Part shown: positions 1-10,875 of the stretch, one piece after another
Layout: each line of letters opens with the position of its first letter
Numbering within the stretch: position 1 is the stretch's first letter
Assembly: GCA_026936335.1 (NCBI GenBank)
Contig: JAPMXV010000031.1
Coordinates: 248,001 to 312,000, forward strand
DNA: 64,000 nucleotides
From: Mantamonas sphyraenae STR306
Taxonomy: Eukaryota; Protista; CRuMs
Direction: 5' to 3'
The notes under the pieces: model-generated
The model's database searches: none
What the model saw: the letters and a program-made list of their open reading frames with translations, nothing else
What the model was told of the DNA's origin: nothing
Made by a program: the position numbers and the translations under genes

Positions 1-345
1 TGGTGGCCAACCTCCAAGCCCTGCTGTCCTTCTCCTCAGACATCATGCTGGCCAAGGACGACTCGCCAGTGACCGTCGCCCTGCGCGGTTCCAAAACACT
101 TGTCTTTATGTATGTGCTGGAGCTCGGCACGCTTCTCGTCACCTTTCGCAAGAGCGCCAATGTCAAGAAGGCTCAGGGGAGCATCGACAACGCCGTGTCG
201 CTGTTGGAAAAGGGTAAGCAAGGAGACTGTGGGGTGTCACGACGTGCCATGGGTGCCCTTTTTTTGCTCACACCACTCTCATGTCTGCAACACAGTGTGC
301 AACCTCATTGGAAATCTGGACAACAGACACATGTCGTTGAGGTGA
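1..345 (+). CDS. 3' part of a gene entering from the left edge; exons <1..213 and 296..345; possibly a roadblock/LAMTOR-like small alpha/beta protein
   Basis: Open frame from position 3. Donor G|gtaagc at 214, branch-like gctcac near 266, acceptor cacag at 295. Splicing gives ...VSLLEKVCNLIGNLDNRHMSLR* (TGA 343-345). The fold guess rests only on a beta-beta-beta-helix pattern. Confidence 0.55.
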
Positions 346-412
346 CAGAAAGGGGGGGAGGCGTGGGGGGTTGGAACGCGGGACGAGAGGCGATCAAATG
401 ATTTGGTTTTGT

Positions 413-721
413 TCAAAATCCTGGCGCGTTGGTCTCTTCCGCCTGCGTCCATGCGCTGTGGTCCAGCTCGGCGGCCGCCTGTGCCTTCTCTTCGTGCAGG
501 GCGAGCTCACACTCCACTCGCTGCTTCTCCTGTTCGTTGTAGGCAAAGATGGAGCTCATAAAGGGCGTATAAATCATGGTGACGTGCTTCTCCAGGGCGC
601 GGAAATCCGCGTTCAGCTTGGCCGTCTGGGCACTCAGGTCTTCCACCAGAAAGTTGGTCTGGTGCAGGTTGGTTGCCAAGCCTCCATAGGCATCCAACAC
701 GTCCAGCTGCAGATCGTTCAT
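413..721 (-). CDS. DAD3: DASH/Dam1 outer-kinetochore complex subunit Dad3-like protein (102 aa)
   Basis: LQLDVLDAYGGLATNLHQTNFLVEDLSAQTAKLNADFRALEKHVTMIYTPFMSSIFAY matches the Dad3 pattern (L-x3-VL-x2-Y-x2-LA-x-N...LR-x-LE-x-K...v-x-T-x-f-x-aSvy). The size fits. ATG at 721. Confidence 0.7.
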   Translation of the reverse strand: MNDLQLDVLDAYGGLATNLHQTNFLVEDLSAQTAKLNADFRALEKHVTMIYTPFMSSIFAYNEQEKQRVECELALHEEKAQAAAELDHSAWTQAEETNAPGF

Positions 722-777
722 CGTCTCGTGGGCGTGTGTGTGTGTGTTGTGGGTTTTTGGGTTGGCTTGACGGGTGG

Positions 778-814
778 CCGTTTGCCGTTCAAACTGCGAG
801 TTTTGGCGCGAAAA
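778..814 (-). promoter_or_regulatory. Cell-cycle promoter cluster upstream of the Dad3-like gene: E2F site, CHR and two Myb/MSA cores
   Basis: The minus strand reads TTTTCGCGCCAAAA (814-801), TTTGAA (793-788), AACGG (789-785) and AACGG (782-778), all 57-93 bp upstream of the ATG. Confidence 0.5.
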
Positions 815-959
815 ATCGGTTTGAGGTTTTCGGGTTTGGCATGCTGCTGCATGTGGCCGTTGCTCCACACACACGGCCTCACGTACGACGACTGCATTGT
901 GGGAAAACACAGCCATTGGGGGATCTGAATTGTGCTTGGGTGCTGCATTTCCGGTCTGC

Positions 960-3215
960 TCACAATGATTCGCTCTCGTTTTCCATCATGGTGGCCTCCT
1001 CGACAAGTTGGATGGCCTTGCGGATAAACTTGGTCTGTTGTGTGTCTGTGAGCGAGGTGGCACGGTTGGACGAGCGAACCAGGGCCAGGATCTGGTCGAC
1101 GACGTCCTGTTGCTGGTTGAGGAGGCCGGCACTCTCTGCTATCTCGTCGTTGAGCTGCTTCATGACAATGGGCACGACCACAGAGGCGGTCCAACGCACC
1201 ATGGCCTCCAACTCCTCGGGTTCCAGGTGCTGTTGGGCAGGCACGGTTGCGGCAAGGTCCGAGGCAATGGATTGGAGGTTGGACGAGGACAACCCAGCCA
1301 CAAGGCTGTCCGACACATCACTGCCCTTCCTCGCCAGCATCGTCGATGCGTCGTCATTGCTACGGTCCCCACTGCTTGCGCTTGCGCCGCTGTTGTTGTT
1401 GTTGTTGTTGCTGCTGCTGTTGTTGTTGGCAATGTACACCACCGAGGCAACAGAGGAGGTGGAGGATGCGGAGGAGGCTGAGGATGACGAGGAGTTGGCG
1501 CTGGAGGGCAACGAAGCACTTTCGCGGTTGCCCACCATGAGTGCTTCCATCATCTGCACAGTGGCCAGTTCGTCCAGGACCGCACGTGCCACACGTTGCA
1601 CAAGCCAGCCCTGTTGCAACCCAGCCACCTGTGGCAGGTCACTCTCGTTCTCCTGTGCCGCCAGCTGAAGCAACAGCGCATGCATATCGCCCTCCCTCTG
1701 CGCCCTCCATGCCTGAAACTCATCCAACAGAGCCTCGGCCTGTGCCACACTCGTCGTCGCCGTGTGGTTGTTGTCGTTTTGCTTCCTTCGCTCTGTGCGC
1801 ACCATCCACGCACGCACGGCTCCCTCCACACGCCTCTGCACCCACGTCACAGCCATTGATAAATACTCTGTGTCATGAAATGTGAAGGGTGAGTGTGATT
1901 GGGTGTGAGTGTGAGTGTGAGAGTGTGCCTGCGCGTGAGAGTCCATATTCTTCCAAAACGACGTTTTGCTTCTCTCTTTGTGCTCTCTCTCGCACTCTGT
2001 GGGGCTGTCCACGACATCCTCGTCTCCCTTCTTTGTTTGGAGGAGGGCGTGACCAGCCGGTGGGTTGCGATGGATGGATGCAGCCAATCTCGTTCCACGT
2101 ACCTCCTTGTCCGTCGTCGGCTTTGTCGGCCAGTGCGAGCTGGGCGTCGCTGAGGTCCAGAGCGGGCATTTCCCGCTGGGTCACACACACAGACAGGTGC
2201 AGGGTGGCTCGCGGCATATCTTGGAGCGCCACTGCACAGTCGTACACCTTTCCCATGTGTTCAAAGTGGTTCAGAGGCAGCTGAGCCCAGCCCAGCCGCT
2301 CCTTGCCGTTTTGGCCCCCGACCAGCTCCACCGTCATTTCTCGCCGCCCCTTGTTTGCCGCCACGTCCTCAAACACCAGCGACTGCCCACAGCTGTGTGT
2401 GTGCACCACACGCACATGCGCACCCATGTGCATCCGTGTGAGTATCTGTGTCAGCCACACACACGGCTTCCATCTGTGGCTGTGTGCAGCAAGTCCCGTC
2501 GTCGCAAACTCACCTTTTCGGCGACCGCCGCTCGCCGATCGGCTCGCTGCTCACTCTCCGCTCGCCCAGTTGGAATACATACACAGAGTTGGCCACTGTG
2601 CACACGTCGAGGGCCGAGTCACACCCATAGGAAGCGGCAGTCCGTTGTCAGCTGCCGTGTCAGTCTCCTCCCGTTTGGTGGGGACATGTGCTTTTTCGGC
2701 GCCCATCCATCCATCCTGTCTCTCTCTCTCTCTCGAAACATACCGTCCTTGCGTCCTTCAGATTCACTCTGCTCCAGAAAATGCACGTCGATGTGCATGT
2801 CCACCACATCGCCCTATGTTCCATGCGGTGTATGTATGTGTACGTGTTGTGCGTGCATGTGTGTGTGTGTCAGACGGTGGACCCTGCCAAAGGGAGGGTC
2901 GACAAAGCTCCCGCACGACTTCCATCTCCTCCTACACTTTGACATCGCCGTGTTCCTTCTGTTCCTGTTCACCCACCCCCCCCCACGCATCACATCTCCA
3001 CCACCCCTCTCCCCCTCCCCCGGCAGTCACCCTATCCGTACCTTGGCAAAGTCTTCGACCTTCACCGGAGCTGCAGGGCTCGCCTCCGCCTCCGAACTGC
3101 CCTCGCCATCCGTCTCCTCCTTTCTGTCGGCCCACAGGTAGCCTCCCTTGTGCAACGCATACAACAGTGCCGATCCCACCACCAATCCGCCTCCCAGTTT
3201 CCACAATTTGGACAT
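960..3215 (-). CDS. N-terminally membrane-anchored C2-domain protein with a low-complexity C-terminal half (507 aa; exons 3042-3215, 2744-2813, 2514-2595, 2103-2392, 960-1867)
   Basis: Four GT-AG introns have mutually consistent phases (donors gtacgg, gtatgt, gtgagt, gtacgt; acceptors catag, cacag x3). The N-terminus MSKLWKLGGGLVVGSALLYAL is hydrophobic. YVFQLGERRVSSEPIGERRSPKSCGQSLVF...ERLGWAQLPL...ATLHLSVCV is C2-like. Confidence 0.6.
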
Positions 3216-3442
3216 CACGGGCCTCGGTGTTTTCGCAGTGTCTCGGCCGCCGCGCCCCTTCCTCCTCCTCACATTCCCTCACCGCACCCCCCCCACCCCC
3301 ACGGCTTACCACCCTCACCACTTCCCACCACCGCCTTTCTTTTTGTCCCTCCCAGAGACGGGATCTTTGCACAGTCGTGTGCGCAGCGCGGTGGCAGCCA
3401 CCCCGTTCACACACACACACACACACACCCTCGCAACACGTC

Positions 3443-4309
3443 ATGGACGCCCTGGACGACTGGCTGGACAATACGGCCTTGCAGCTGGAGACATTTGTGA
3501 ACGAGCTGCACAAGGACACGCCTGCGGATGCCAACCTGTGGTACCACACGCCCAGGCGTCACCTGGAAGAGATGCTCTCACTTGGCGCGGTCTTTGTCGT
3601 CCTGCTGGCCTTCATCCTGCTCTGGATGCGCAAGCCGCGCTTTGAAAAGTCCCGTGACGCCACCCCTGGCTTTTCCTGGTATGAGCACCTTATGTTGTTC
3701 CCCTACCTCTTCTGCACGGGTCTGGGACTGTACTACAAGGCCCAGCGAGGGGCCCTCTTCTGGGTCTTCCAGCCGTGTCATCCGCTGGCCCTCCTGCAGC
3801 TGGTCACGTACTATGTGCGACCTCTGGCGCCCCAGCTCAGCAACGAGCTGTTCCAATGTCTCGTCTACACCTGCTTTGCACCCGTCATGGCCCTCGCCCA
3901 CCCGGACACCACGTACTATCGCTTTCCGTTTGAGATCGAATGCTTCTACGTCCAGCACATCTACATGATTATCCTGCCCTTCTACATGATCATCCGCGGC
4001 CACATGGTAGTCCGTCGCAGTGCCTATTACCCGCTTCTTACGTTTGCCGTCATGTCCCTGTACCACATTGTCGTGGTCCTCCCGGCCGCGTTTTACTCGG
4101 GCCTCAACATCAACCTCATGCTCCAGCCCCTCAAGATCATGCCCAAATACCTCGGCTACCACTACCGCCCGCCCATGTTCCTTGTCACCTTTGCCATCAT
4201 GATGGTCAGCGTCCAGGTCTACCTCTTTGTCGCCGCCATTGTCAACGCCCCCTACGACGCCCAGCTCGCAGCCGTCGACGCAGACAAAGACAGCAAGAAG
4301 AAGCAGTGA
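3443..4309 (+). CDS. TMEM164: TMEM164 family multipass membrane protein (putative acyltransferase)
   Basis: Motifs WY...RH..E, FQPCH, PDT...FPFEIECFYVQH and GLNINLML-x-P; several TM segments. ATG 3443 follows a CA-rich leader, and the upstream part of ORF 2303.. is antisense shadow. Confidence 0.85.
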   Translation: MDALDDWLDNTALQLETFVNELHKDTPADANLWYHTPRRHLEEMLSLGAVFVVLLAFILLWMRKPRFEKSRDATPGFSWYEHLMLFPYLFCTGLGLYYKAQRGALFWVFQPCHPLALLQLVTYYVRPLAPQLSNELFQCLVYTCFAPVMALAHPDTTYYRFPFEIECFYVQHIYMIILPFYMIIRGHMVVRRSAYYPLLTFAVMSLYHIVVVLPAAFYSGLNINLMLQPLKIMPKYLGYHYRPPMFLVTFAIMMVSVQVYLFVAAIVNAPYDAQLAAVDADKDSKKKQ

Positions 4310-4472
4310 GCAGCAAGGCAGGAAGGCCAGTGGATGTTCCACTCACAGACAACAGAGTGTGTGAGGCATGCCAAGAGCTGGTTGATTCTGAAAACACAAT
4401 GTTCATTCACAGCACCTTGCTATTCATGTGACAAACGGGTCTTGGGGTCCAATCCACACAGACAGCTGCTTG

Positions 4473-5621
4473 CTACAAACTGTGGTTGCTGCCCGTGGGT
4501 TTTGTGGCATGGACGCCTGCACTTTCGCGCCCGTCCAGCACCAGGTCGTCGGGAAACACTTCTGTCCGATCAATGAACATGGCGTCTTGCACTTCGAAGC
4601 CTGCGTCTGTGCACGCGCGTGAAAACACGTCGGGTGTGAAAAAGTGGATGGCCGGTGGCAGTTTGTCCGCGCGATCCTTTTCGATCTCATGCACGTTGTC
4701 GATGTACCCTGGCCACGGATCGCCCTCTGCCAGCTTGCGTTCAAACACAGGAATCAGTGCGCTGAAATTCTTGATGTAGGGCGTCTCGCAAACCATGTAC
4801 AGGCTGCCTCCAGGCCTCAACCACCGCCAAAACGCAGCCAGACACTGCATGAGACCCTCTCCGTCGAAAAAGTGCAACACACGGCAAATGAGGATGGCGT
4901 CCAGGCTGTTGGGTGGGAACAGGCTTGCGTCGGGAACTGTCCCGATCCGCGGCAACACCTTGGTGCGCCCCTGTTTGTCCAACATGCGATTCTGCATCAC
5001 GTACAAGTGACGAACGTCCATGTCATTGCCCACCATACGCACGTGGTCCAGCGACACGTCCTTGTGGCCCACCACAGTCTGTGGCACGAGACCATACGCA
5101 GTGCCAAGATCTGCGGCCACCCACACCGCCTCCTCACGGCTCTTGGACACAACCTGCTCCACAAACGCCTCCGAGACAGGATCCAGATACGATGTCATGT
5201 ACCCATACGCGTTCTGGGTGACCACAAACCCGCCCCGCTCCGTGGAGGGCAGCTCCACGTCGTCCAAGCCACCCTCCTGGTCCAGTTCACCCACCCACTT
5301 CCCTTCCAGGGTCAACCAAGGCACTGTTTGCGACTTGTCTTGCGCCTGCTTCACCCACAGCGCGTCCACGTCGACATCCACCTTCTCCTCACCCGTCAGA
5401 CCGTGTTTCTCCAGCCAGGCCAGCGTTTCGGCGACAATCTCGTCGTGCTCGTCACCGCCCTCCGTCGTCAGGCCTCCCGCGCGTGCAAGCACCCGCAGCG
5501 ACGCGTCTGTGCAATGTGAATCCAGTGCTGTCAACATGGCCAGTCGCCCCAACGCATCGCTGTCTGCAAACAGCGCCAACGCATCGCCGTCCGCACCGAC
5601 ATCACTGCTGCTGCTGCTCAT
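4473..5621 (-). CDS. Class I SAM-dependent methyltransferase
   Basis: Motif I DLGTAYG, post-I GNDMD, motif II FPPNSLDAILICRVLHFF, motif III WLRPGGSLY. Start placed at MSSSSSD (5621). Confidence 0.85.
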   Translation of the reverse strand: MSSSSSDVGADGDALALFADSDALGRLAMLTALDSHCTDASLRVLARAGGLTTEGGDEHDEIVAETLAWLEKHGLTGEEKVDVDVDALWVKQAQDKSQTVPWLTLEGKWVGELDQEGGLDDVELPSTERGGFVVTQNAYGYMTSYLDPVSEAFVEQVVSKSREEAVWVAADLGTAYGLVPQTVVGHKDVSLDHVRMVGNDMDVRHLYVMQNRMLDKQGRTKVLPRIGTVPDASLFPPNSLDAILICRVLHFFDGEGLMQCLAAFWRWLRPGGSLYMVCETPYIKNFSALIPVFERKLAEGDPWPGYIDNVHEIEKDRADKLPPAIHFFTPDVFSRACTDAGFEVQDAMFIDRTEVFPDDLVLDGRESAGVHATKPTGSNHSL

Positions 5622-5735
5622 GGTCGTCGCCAAAGGTTGTGCTCCCCAGCGCAAGCGCCCAGCAACAACACACCTCAACCCCAACAAATTTGCAACCCCA
5701 TCCTTCCAGAAGCATCCCATTTGTTTTGTCTGCAC

Positions 5736-7282
5736 TCACTTCTTCTTTGCAAACCAGACGAGACCGGTGTACACGGTGGCGAGGATGGCCACACTGAAGC
5801 TGTGGCGTGCCAAGTCGGTGTAGTGTTCCTCAAGATCCCATACCGTGTCCATGTAGTCCACCTCGTCCTGGGTGTAGGCGGCCACAAAGTGGGCAATCGC
5901 GTTCGACTTGGGTGTTCGATGGCCCGGCCGCACGCTCATCACAATTTCCTTCTTTTCTGCGTCGTAACTCACGTCACCTGCCACCGTGGCCAGGGTGCCC
6001 ACAGACACCACCTCACGCGTGGTCTCTCCCTTGAGCTGATCCCACGTGAGTCCCTCCGGCAGCTCGCCCTTGAACGTCTCCAGGTGAGCCTTTTGCGTCT
6101 CCTGCATGGCTTCCACCTCTTCCTCCTGCGCAGGTTCCTGCAACAGTCGCCACGACTGCATGGTCACCTCGTCGCGTGCATACTCGCCCTCCACGGCCTC
6201 GGGCACCACGTGCACCACATACTGGCTCCCACGCTTCCCTTGCTTCTCCTCCAGACGCTTCAGGTTGAGCTTGGCAAGCTTCATCTGCATGCTTTCCTCT
6301 CCCACACTCTCGTCACTTTCCAGCTCTGCCACCAGTCGCTGCGCCGCCTGCAGCCGGTTGTCCAGTTGGTCGTTCACGCGCAGGTAAAAGTCGCGGAAGC
6401 ATGCCATGCGGTGCACCTGTGGCACCACACGCAGCTTCTCCCCGTCGCCCATCTCTGCCTTGTACGTCGTCGTCGTCGCACGGTACGCCACCACGGGGCG
6501 GCCCTGTTTGTTTGTGCCCACATTCGCCAAACCCTCTTCGTCCTCCCGCAGTTCCACCTGTCCGTCCAGAATCACATTCACTGCATCCACACATGCCACA
6601 CAATGTGTCCATGTCCATCCACGGCACCACACACGCACACCCATCCCGTGTCAGCGATTCCGAGCCAATCTCCGCCGTCTCGCATGTGGCCCCACGTCCC
6701 GTGCCTGCTGCCCCCCCTCCCCCTCCCTCAACCCCTCGCCTTCTGTCGCTTCCACCACTTACATGCGGCCTCACGCGGCTGATCGTGCACCAATTCCATC
6801 TTTTCGTCGACGCCCAGGTGGTCCAGCACCTCGTCCAGGTCGGTCGACTCGACTTCGCGGTCCAGGTACAGCGAGGCGACCAACTTGGCCGGCTCCCGCA
6901 CGTTCTTGGGCTTGTTGGTCACCGTGCGCTTGAGAGAGGAGTCGGACAACCACCAGGAGGGACTCAGAGGGTGGAATTCGTACCATTCAATCACACGCTC
7001 CTCCGGGTCCAGCTCCAGACACTCCTCCTCCTCACCCGTCACCTCGTTCACTCGCTTCACCACCGTCCGCTTGCCGTCCTTGTAGAACAGATCACGGTGC
7101 ACACGGTATGCCTTGTACATGTACGCGGCCCCGTTGGCCACCATCAGTCCAGCCACCACTCCGGCCACTTTTGCGTCCGTCATGTCCTCCGTAAACACCA
7201 GTTTGCGTCGCAATCCCTGTTTCACCGTCGCCACATAGTCAATCTGCTGCTTGCCATTGCTTCCACTGCTTCCACTGCTCAT
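5736..7282 (-). CDS. GIDE-domain (MUL1/MAPL/SP1-like) two-TM protein lacking the RING finger (454 aa; exons 6763-7282, 5736-6580)
   Basis: Intron 6581-6762 (gtaagt...tgcag) joins two ORFs in phase. N-terminal TM VAGVVAGLMVANGAAY. The C-terminal EVVSVGTLATVAGDV...IVMSVRP...HFV followed by a TM resembles the end of the GIDE domain. Confidence 0.55.
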
Positions 7283-7738
7283 GTTTCCTCGGCGGATGTG
7301 ATTTGGAGTTGGATGCGCAAGGCGAACGGCTGCCTCCCCTCGCGCTTCCTTCCCAACCGCTCTCTCTTGGGGTCTCCGAGTCACAATGCGCCCTATCTTT
7401 TGGTTGGCACGCAAGAGAGAATCCATTGAACATTGCGATATGTGGTTCTGGCCTCGTCCGTGCCTTTCTGCACGTGCACAAGCGCATAGAAACTTTCAGC
7501 GCCTTTGGTCTTCCAGAGGATTCCCACAGGCCATTTTTTGGCCTCCAATCCTTCTTTTCTTCCCAGTGGCCTCCATGCCATGCGAAACACACGCCCACAG
7601 ATGCATTTCCGCCTCTGTTGCTCAACGAAGCAACGCGCCCCTGTCAATCTGAATTCAAGCTGTTGCGATCGTGTCGCGTGCGCTGCTCGTTCCATAACTT
7701 TTTCTCACCTTCTCACCGCCCTAACCATCCCATACGCG

Positions 7739-10700
7739 ATGCGAAAGAAAGCAAATCGAGTTAGAACTCGTTTACGTTGGTATGAAAAGCCTGCCGTCCA
7801 CATAGATTTGTGGCTGCATGGCTTCTTCTTCCGCTTGGGCAAGTCCGTGTCGCGTCGTCCGCACGTGTTTGTTTTTCTGCCCCTGGCCCTTTCGGTGCTC
7901 GCTATACTGGGATGGGGCCGTGTGCAGATCCAATCACCCACCGTATCTGATCTGGCACCAGCCGAGTCAGTGCCCCTGCAGGGATACATGCTCTGGTCGC
8001 GCTACTTCAACAGCTACGGAGGCAACTTGCAGATTGTCATTCGCTACGGCTCTCGAGAACTTCTGAGCGAGGTTCGCACCTACGTGGATCAGTGGGAATC
8101 CCCTCTACGAGCACGTGGTGGTGGTGGCTATTACGCCAGTGACTTTTGCCTCCCTGCAAATGTTTCCGCGTCCCGCGTCATCACGCTGGAACGCCAGCCG
8201 CGGCCGGTGCGCCAAAAATGCCGAGTTTTTTCGGCCCCACTTTCCGGCGACACCACGTTTGTGTCAGCCAGCGAGAATGTCACGTCGCGCTTGGACGTGC
8301 GCCCTGGCGTCACCGTCGTCGGGGAGTACGGTGTGGGCATGAAACTCCACAACGTCGAATCAACGGCCCCTGGCTCGGCCACCTCGCAAACCTTCCGGTT
8401 GCTCGTTCCCTTCGAGCGAGTCCGTGTTGGCGACGCCATCCACGGGCCGCGCCAGCCCATTGAGCTGGAGCTGGAGCAGAGCATCAACCAACGCTCCTGG
8501 ACCCACGCCGGACCCAAGAGCGAGGTGATTGCCAGCCTCGATCGTCTCTACGGCGTGGACATCTACATTGTTCTCGGCTTCCTGGCCCTTTTTGGCGCCG
8601 TCATGGTCTACGCCTGGCTTTCGTCTGCACGCAGCGCACGTGGACAGTGGCGGCTTTGGTTTGCACCCATGAGCTTTGTGTCGTCCACACTGTCCATCCT
8701 GGCCACGTGGGGGCTGTTTTTCTGGCTGGGTTGGTACCCTGTGCTGGCAACCATGTTCTCCTTCATTGTCTGCCTGGGCATTGGCATGGACGACGCCTAC
8801 CTTCTTCTCCATCTCATCGACCACGCCCATGGCAAGCCCTCCACACGCTTGGCCCATGGCATGGCTCATGCAGGACCGGCCATTGTCATGACCTCCATCA
8901 CCGATGCCATCGTGTTTGCCATCGGCACAACCTCGTCCGTGCCCTACATCCGCGACATGTGCATCATCACCTGTGCCACCGTCATTGTCGACGCCATCAT
9001 GCAGTCCACCTTCTTTGTAGCCCTGCTCTACCTCGACATGGTGCGTCAGCACGCACAAACCGACCGCCTTGGCTGCGTGCCTTGCATGCGTGCCTGCTGC
9101 CAGCCAGGGTACGCCACGCGTGTGGGCGACACCACAAGCTTTGATCTTGCCGTGGAGTACGAGCCGTCGGTGGGTGGCATGAGCACCAGCTCCTCGGGCG
9201 TCCAACCGGAAACGGGCACGATGGCTCACAACGGCAACAGCTCGCGGGGTGGCAGCATCTCGCGCAGCAGCTCGCTGTACGCCACAATGACCCCCGAGAC
9301 GGCGGCCAGCACCATCACGCCGGGCATCGCTACGCCAACCGAGACCGGGTTCAGCATCCACACAGAGACGCAGTTCACCGAATCCGAGGGACCATCGCCC
9401 AGGGACAGCTTGCCTGCGCTGGACACAAACGATGCGGCACGTAAGGACAGCCGGATTGTGGACGCTGAACTACGTGTGGAGCATGTTGGAGCCAACCCCA
9501 AGCGGAACAGCAACCCACCCAGAGCTCGCGTGCAAGGCTTTGCCAACATCCCACGCTGGGCACAGACTCACTGGATTGCACGCATCCACAGTAGCCGCCT
9601 TGGCACTGTGCTGGCCACGTGCTTTGTGGTCTTGGCTGTGATTGTCATTGCCAGCGCCACGTCATCCTTCCAACCGGGTCTCATTTCTCCGCGGGACCAA
9701 AGCTTCCCTGGAGAAGCTGTGTACGAGGTCGACCTTACCCTCACGACCCACTTTACGCGTCAGGAGGACATGTTTGCCATTGTGCGGTTTGGGGAGAACC
9801 AGCAGCCCAGCAGCGCCGTGTTCCAGCAGAAGTGGAACAGCTTGTTTGCACGCGTGGTGGCTTTGCCTGCGAGCAACATCACTGTGCTTCCTGGCACTGC
9901 ACGCAATTGGTTGCAGGACATGGCTGCCTGGGCTGCTGCTGAACAGGCAACTCCCACTCTGCCCACAGACACCGTTGCGTTTGGCCGTCTGCTCCACCGG
10001 TTCCTGGACGATGCTCGCTTCTCCACCTATCGCGAAGACATGATCTTTGCCAAAGAGTACGTCGCTGGCACGTACGAACGTGTCCTCGAGGCCTGCGTCT
10101 TTGTTGTGCCCATCAAGCAAGTGGAAACCACACAGGAAACGTTTCAGGGGGCCAACAAGTTCTTTGCTGCAGTCGAAAAGGCACGCAATGACGTTGTGGG
10201 AGCCTCCAGCGAGTGGAACATCCATCTGGCTGCACCGCAGTGGTTGGAGCTCGACTCCACGTCGACCATCTTTGCCAAGATTGCGCAAGATCTGCTTGTG
10301 AGCAGCCTGGCCATGTTTGTGGTGTTTTGGCTCTTTTTGTTCGATCCTCGCGTGTCGGCTGCGCTTGTGGGCGTGCTGCTCTTCCTGGCCTTCTTTGCCG
10401 TCAGCGTGGTCCACCTGGCCGGCTTTGCCTTTGACTCGCAGGCCATGCTGTCACTGCTGCTCTCCTATGGCTCCATCGTGGACTACTCTGCACATGTGGC
10501 CCACCAGTACATGATCAGCGTGCACAGGAAGCCTCGCCAGCGCCTTGAGATGGCTCTCAACCACATCGGCGGCATCCTGGTCGACGCATTTGTCACCACC
10601 GCCCTCAGCTCCATTATTTGCTTGTTCCTCACCAACTCTCTCCTCGGTTTCTTTGTTCTGTACAGCGTTGCCGTCGTTACGGCCTTCATCTTTGCAGCTG

Positions 10701-10858
10701 TGCTCATGCCCCAGGTGCTGCTGATCATCAACCCGCGCGCAGCTCGTGTCATTGTCCTGCGCGACGCAGAGGAGATGGACGGACAGGTCGACATGGCACT
10801 CCAGGCGTATGGCATCGACCTCGGACAGGATGTGACAACGTCTGTGGTGGGTCTTTGA
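7739..10858 (+). CDS. Patched/NPC1-like RND-family protein with a sterol-sensing domain
   Basis: SSD motifs GIGMDDAYLL and AGPAIVMTSITD...PYIRDMC; second-half motif GSIVDYSAHVAH; two large luminal loops and about 12 TM segments. Confidence 0.9.
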   Translation: MRKKANRVRTRLRWYEKPAVHIDLWLHGFFFRLGKSVSRRPHVFVFLPLALSVLAILGWGRVQIQSPTVSDLAPAESVPLQGYMLWSRYFNSYGGNLQIVIRYGSRELLSEVRTYVDQWESPLRARGGGGYYASDFCLPANVSASRVITLERQPRPVRQKCRVFSAPLSGDTTFVSASENVTSRLDVRPGVTVVGEYGVGMKLHNVESTAPGSATSQTFRLLVPFERVRVGDAIHGPRQPIELELEQSINQRSWTHAGPKSEVIASLDRLYGVDIYIVLGFLALFGAVMVYAWLSSARSARGQWRLWFAPMSFVSSTLSILATWGLFFWLGWYPVLATMFSFIVCLGIGMDDAYLLLHLIDHAHGKPSTRLAHGMAHAGPAIVMTSITDAIVFAIGTTSSVPYIRDMCIITCATVIVDAIMQSTFFVALLYLDMVRQHAQTDRLGCVPCMRACCQPGYATRVGDTTSFDLAVEYEPSVGGMSTSSSGVQPETGTMAHNGNSSRGGSISRSSSLYATMTPETAASTITPGIATPTETGFSIHTETQFTESEGPSPRDSLPALDTNDAARKDSRIVDAELRVEHVGANPKRNSNPPRARVQGFANIPRWAQTHWIARIHSSRLGTVLATCFVVLAVIVIASATSSFQPGLISPRDQSFPGEAVYEVDLTLTTHFTRQEDMFAIVRFGENQQPSSAVFQQKWNSLFARVVALPASNITVLPGTARNWLQDMAAWAAAEQATPTLPTDTVAFGRLLHRFLDDARFSTYREDMIFAKEYVAGTYERVLEACVFVVPIKQVETTQETFQGANKFFAAVEKARNDVVGASSEWNIHLAAPQWLELDSTSTIFAKIAQDLLVSSLAMFVVFWLFLFDPRVSAALVGVLLFLAFFAVSVVHLAGFAFDSQAMLSLLLSYGSIVDYSAHVAHQYMISVHRKPRQRLEMALNHIGGILVDAFVTTALSSIICLFLTNSLLGFFVLYSVAVVTAFIFAAVLMPQVLLIINPRAARVIVLRDAEEMDGQVDMALQAYGIDLGQDVTTSVVGL

Positions 10859-10875
10859 GCGCGCGGTGCAGTCCG

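Noticed and set aside
2303-3442. N-terminal 380 aa of the 668-aa ORF
   Set aside because: It overlaps exons and introns of the minus-strand C2 gene and CA repeats; TMEM164 similarity starts at 3443.
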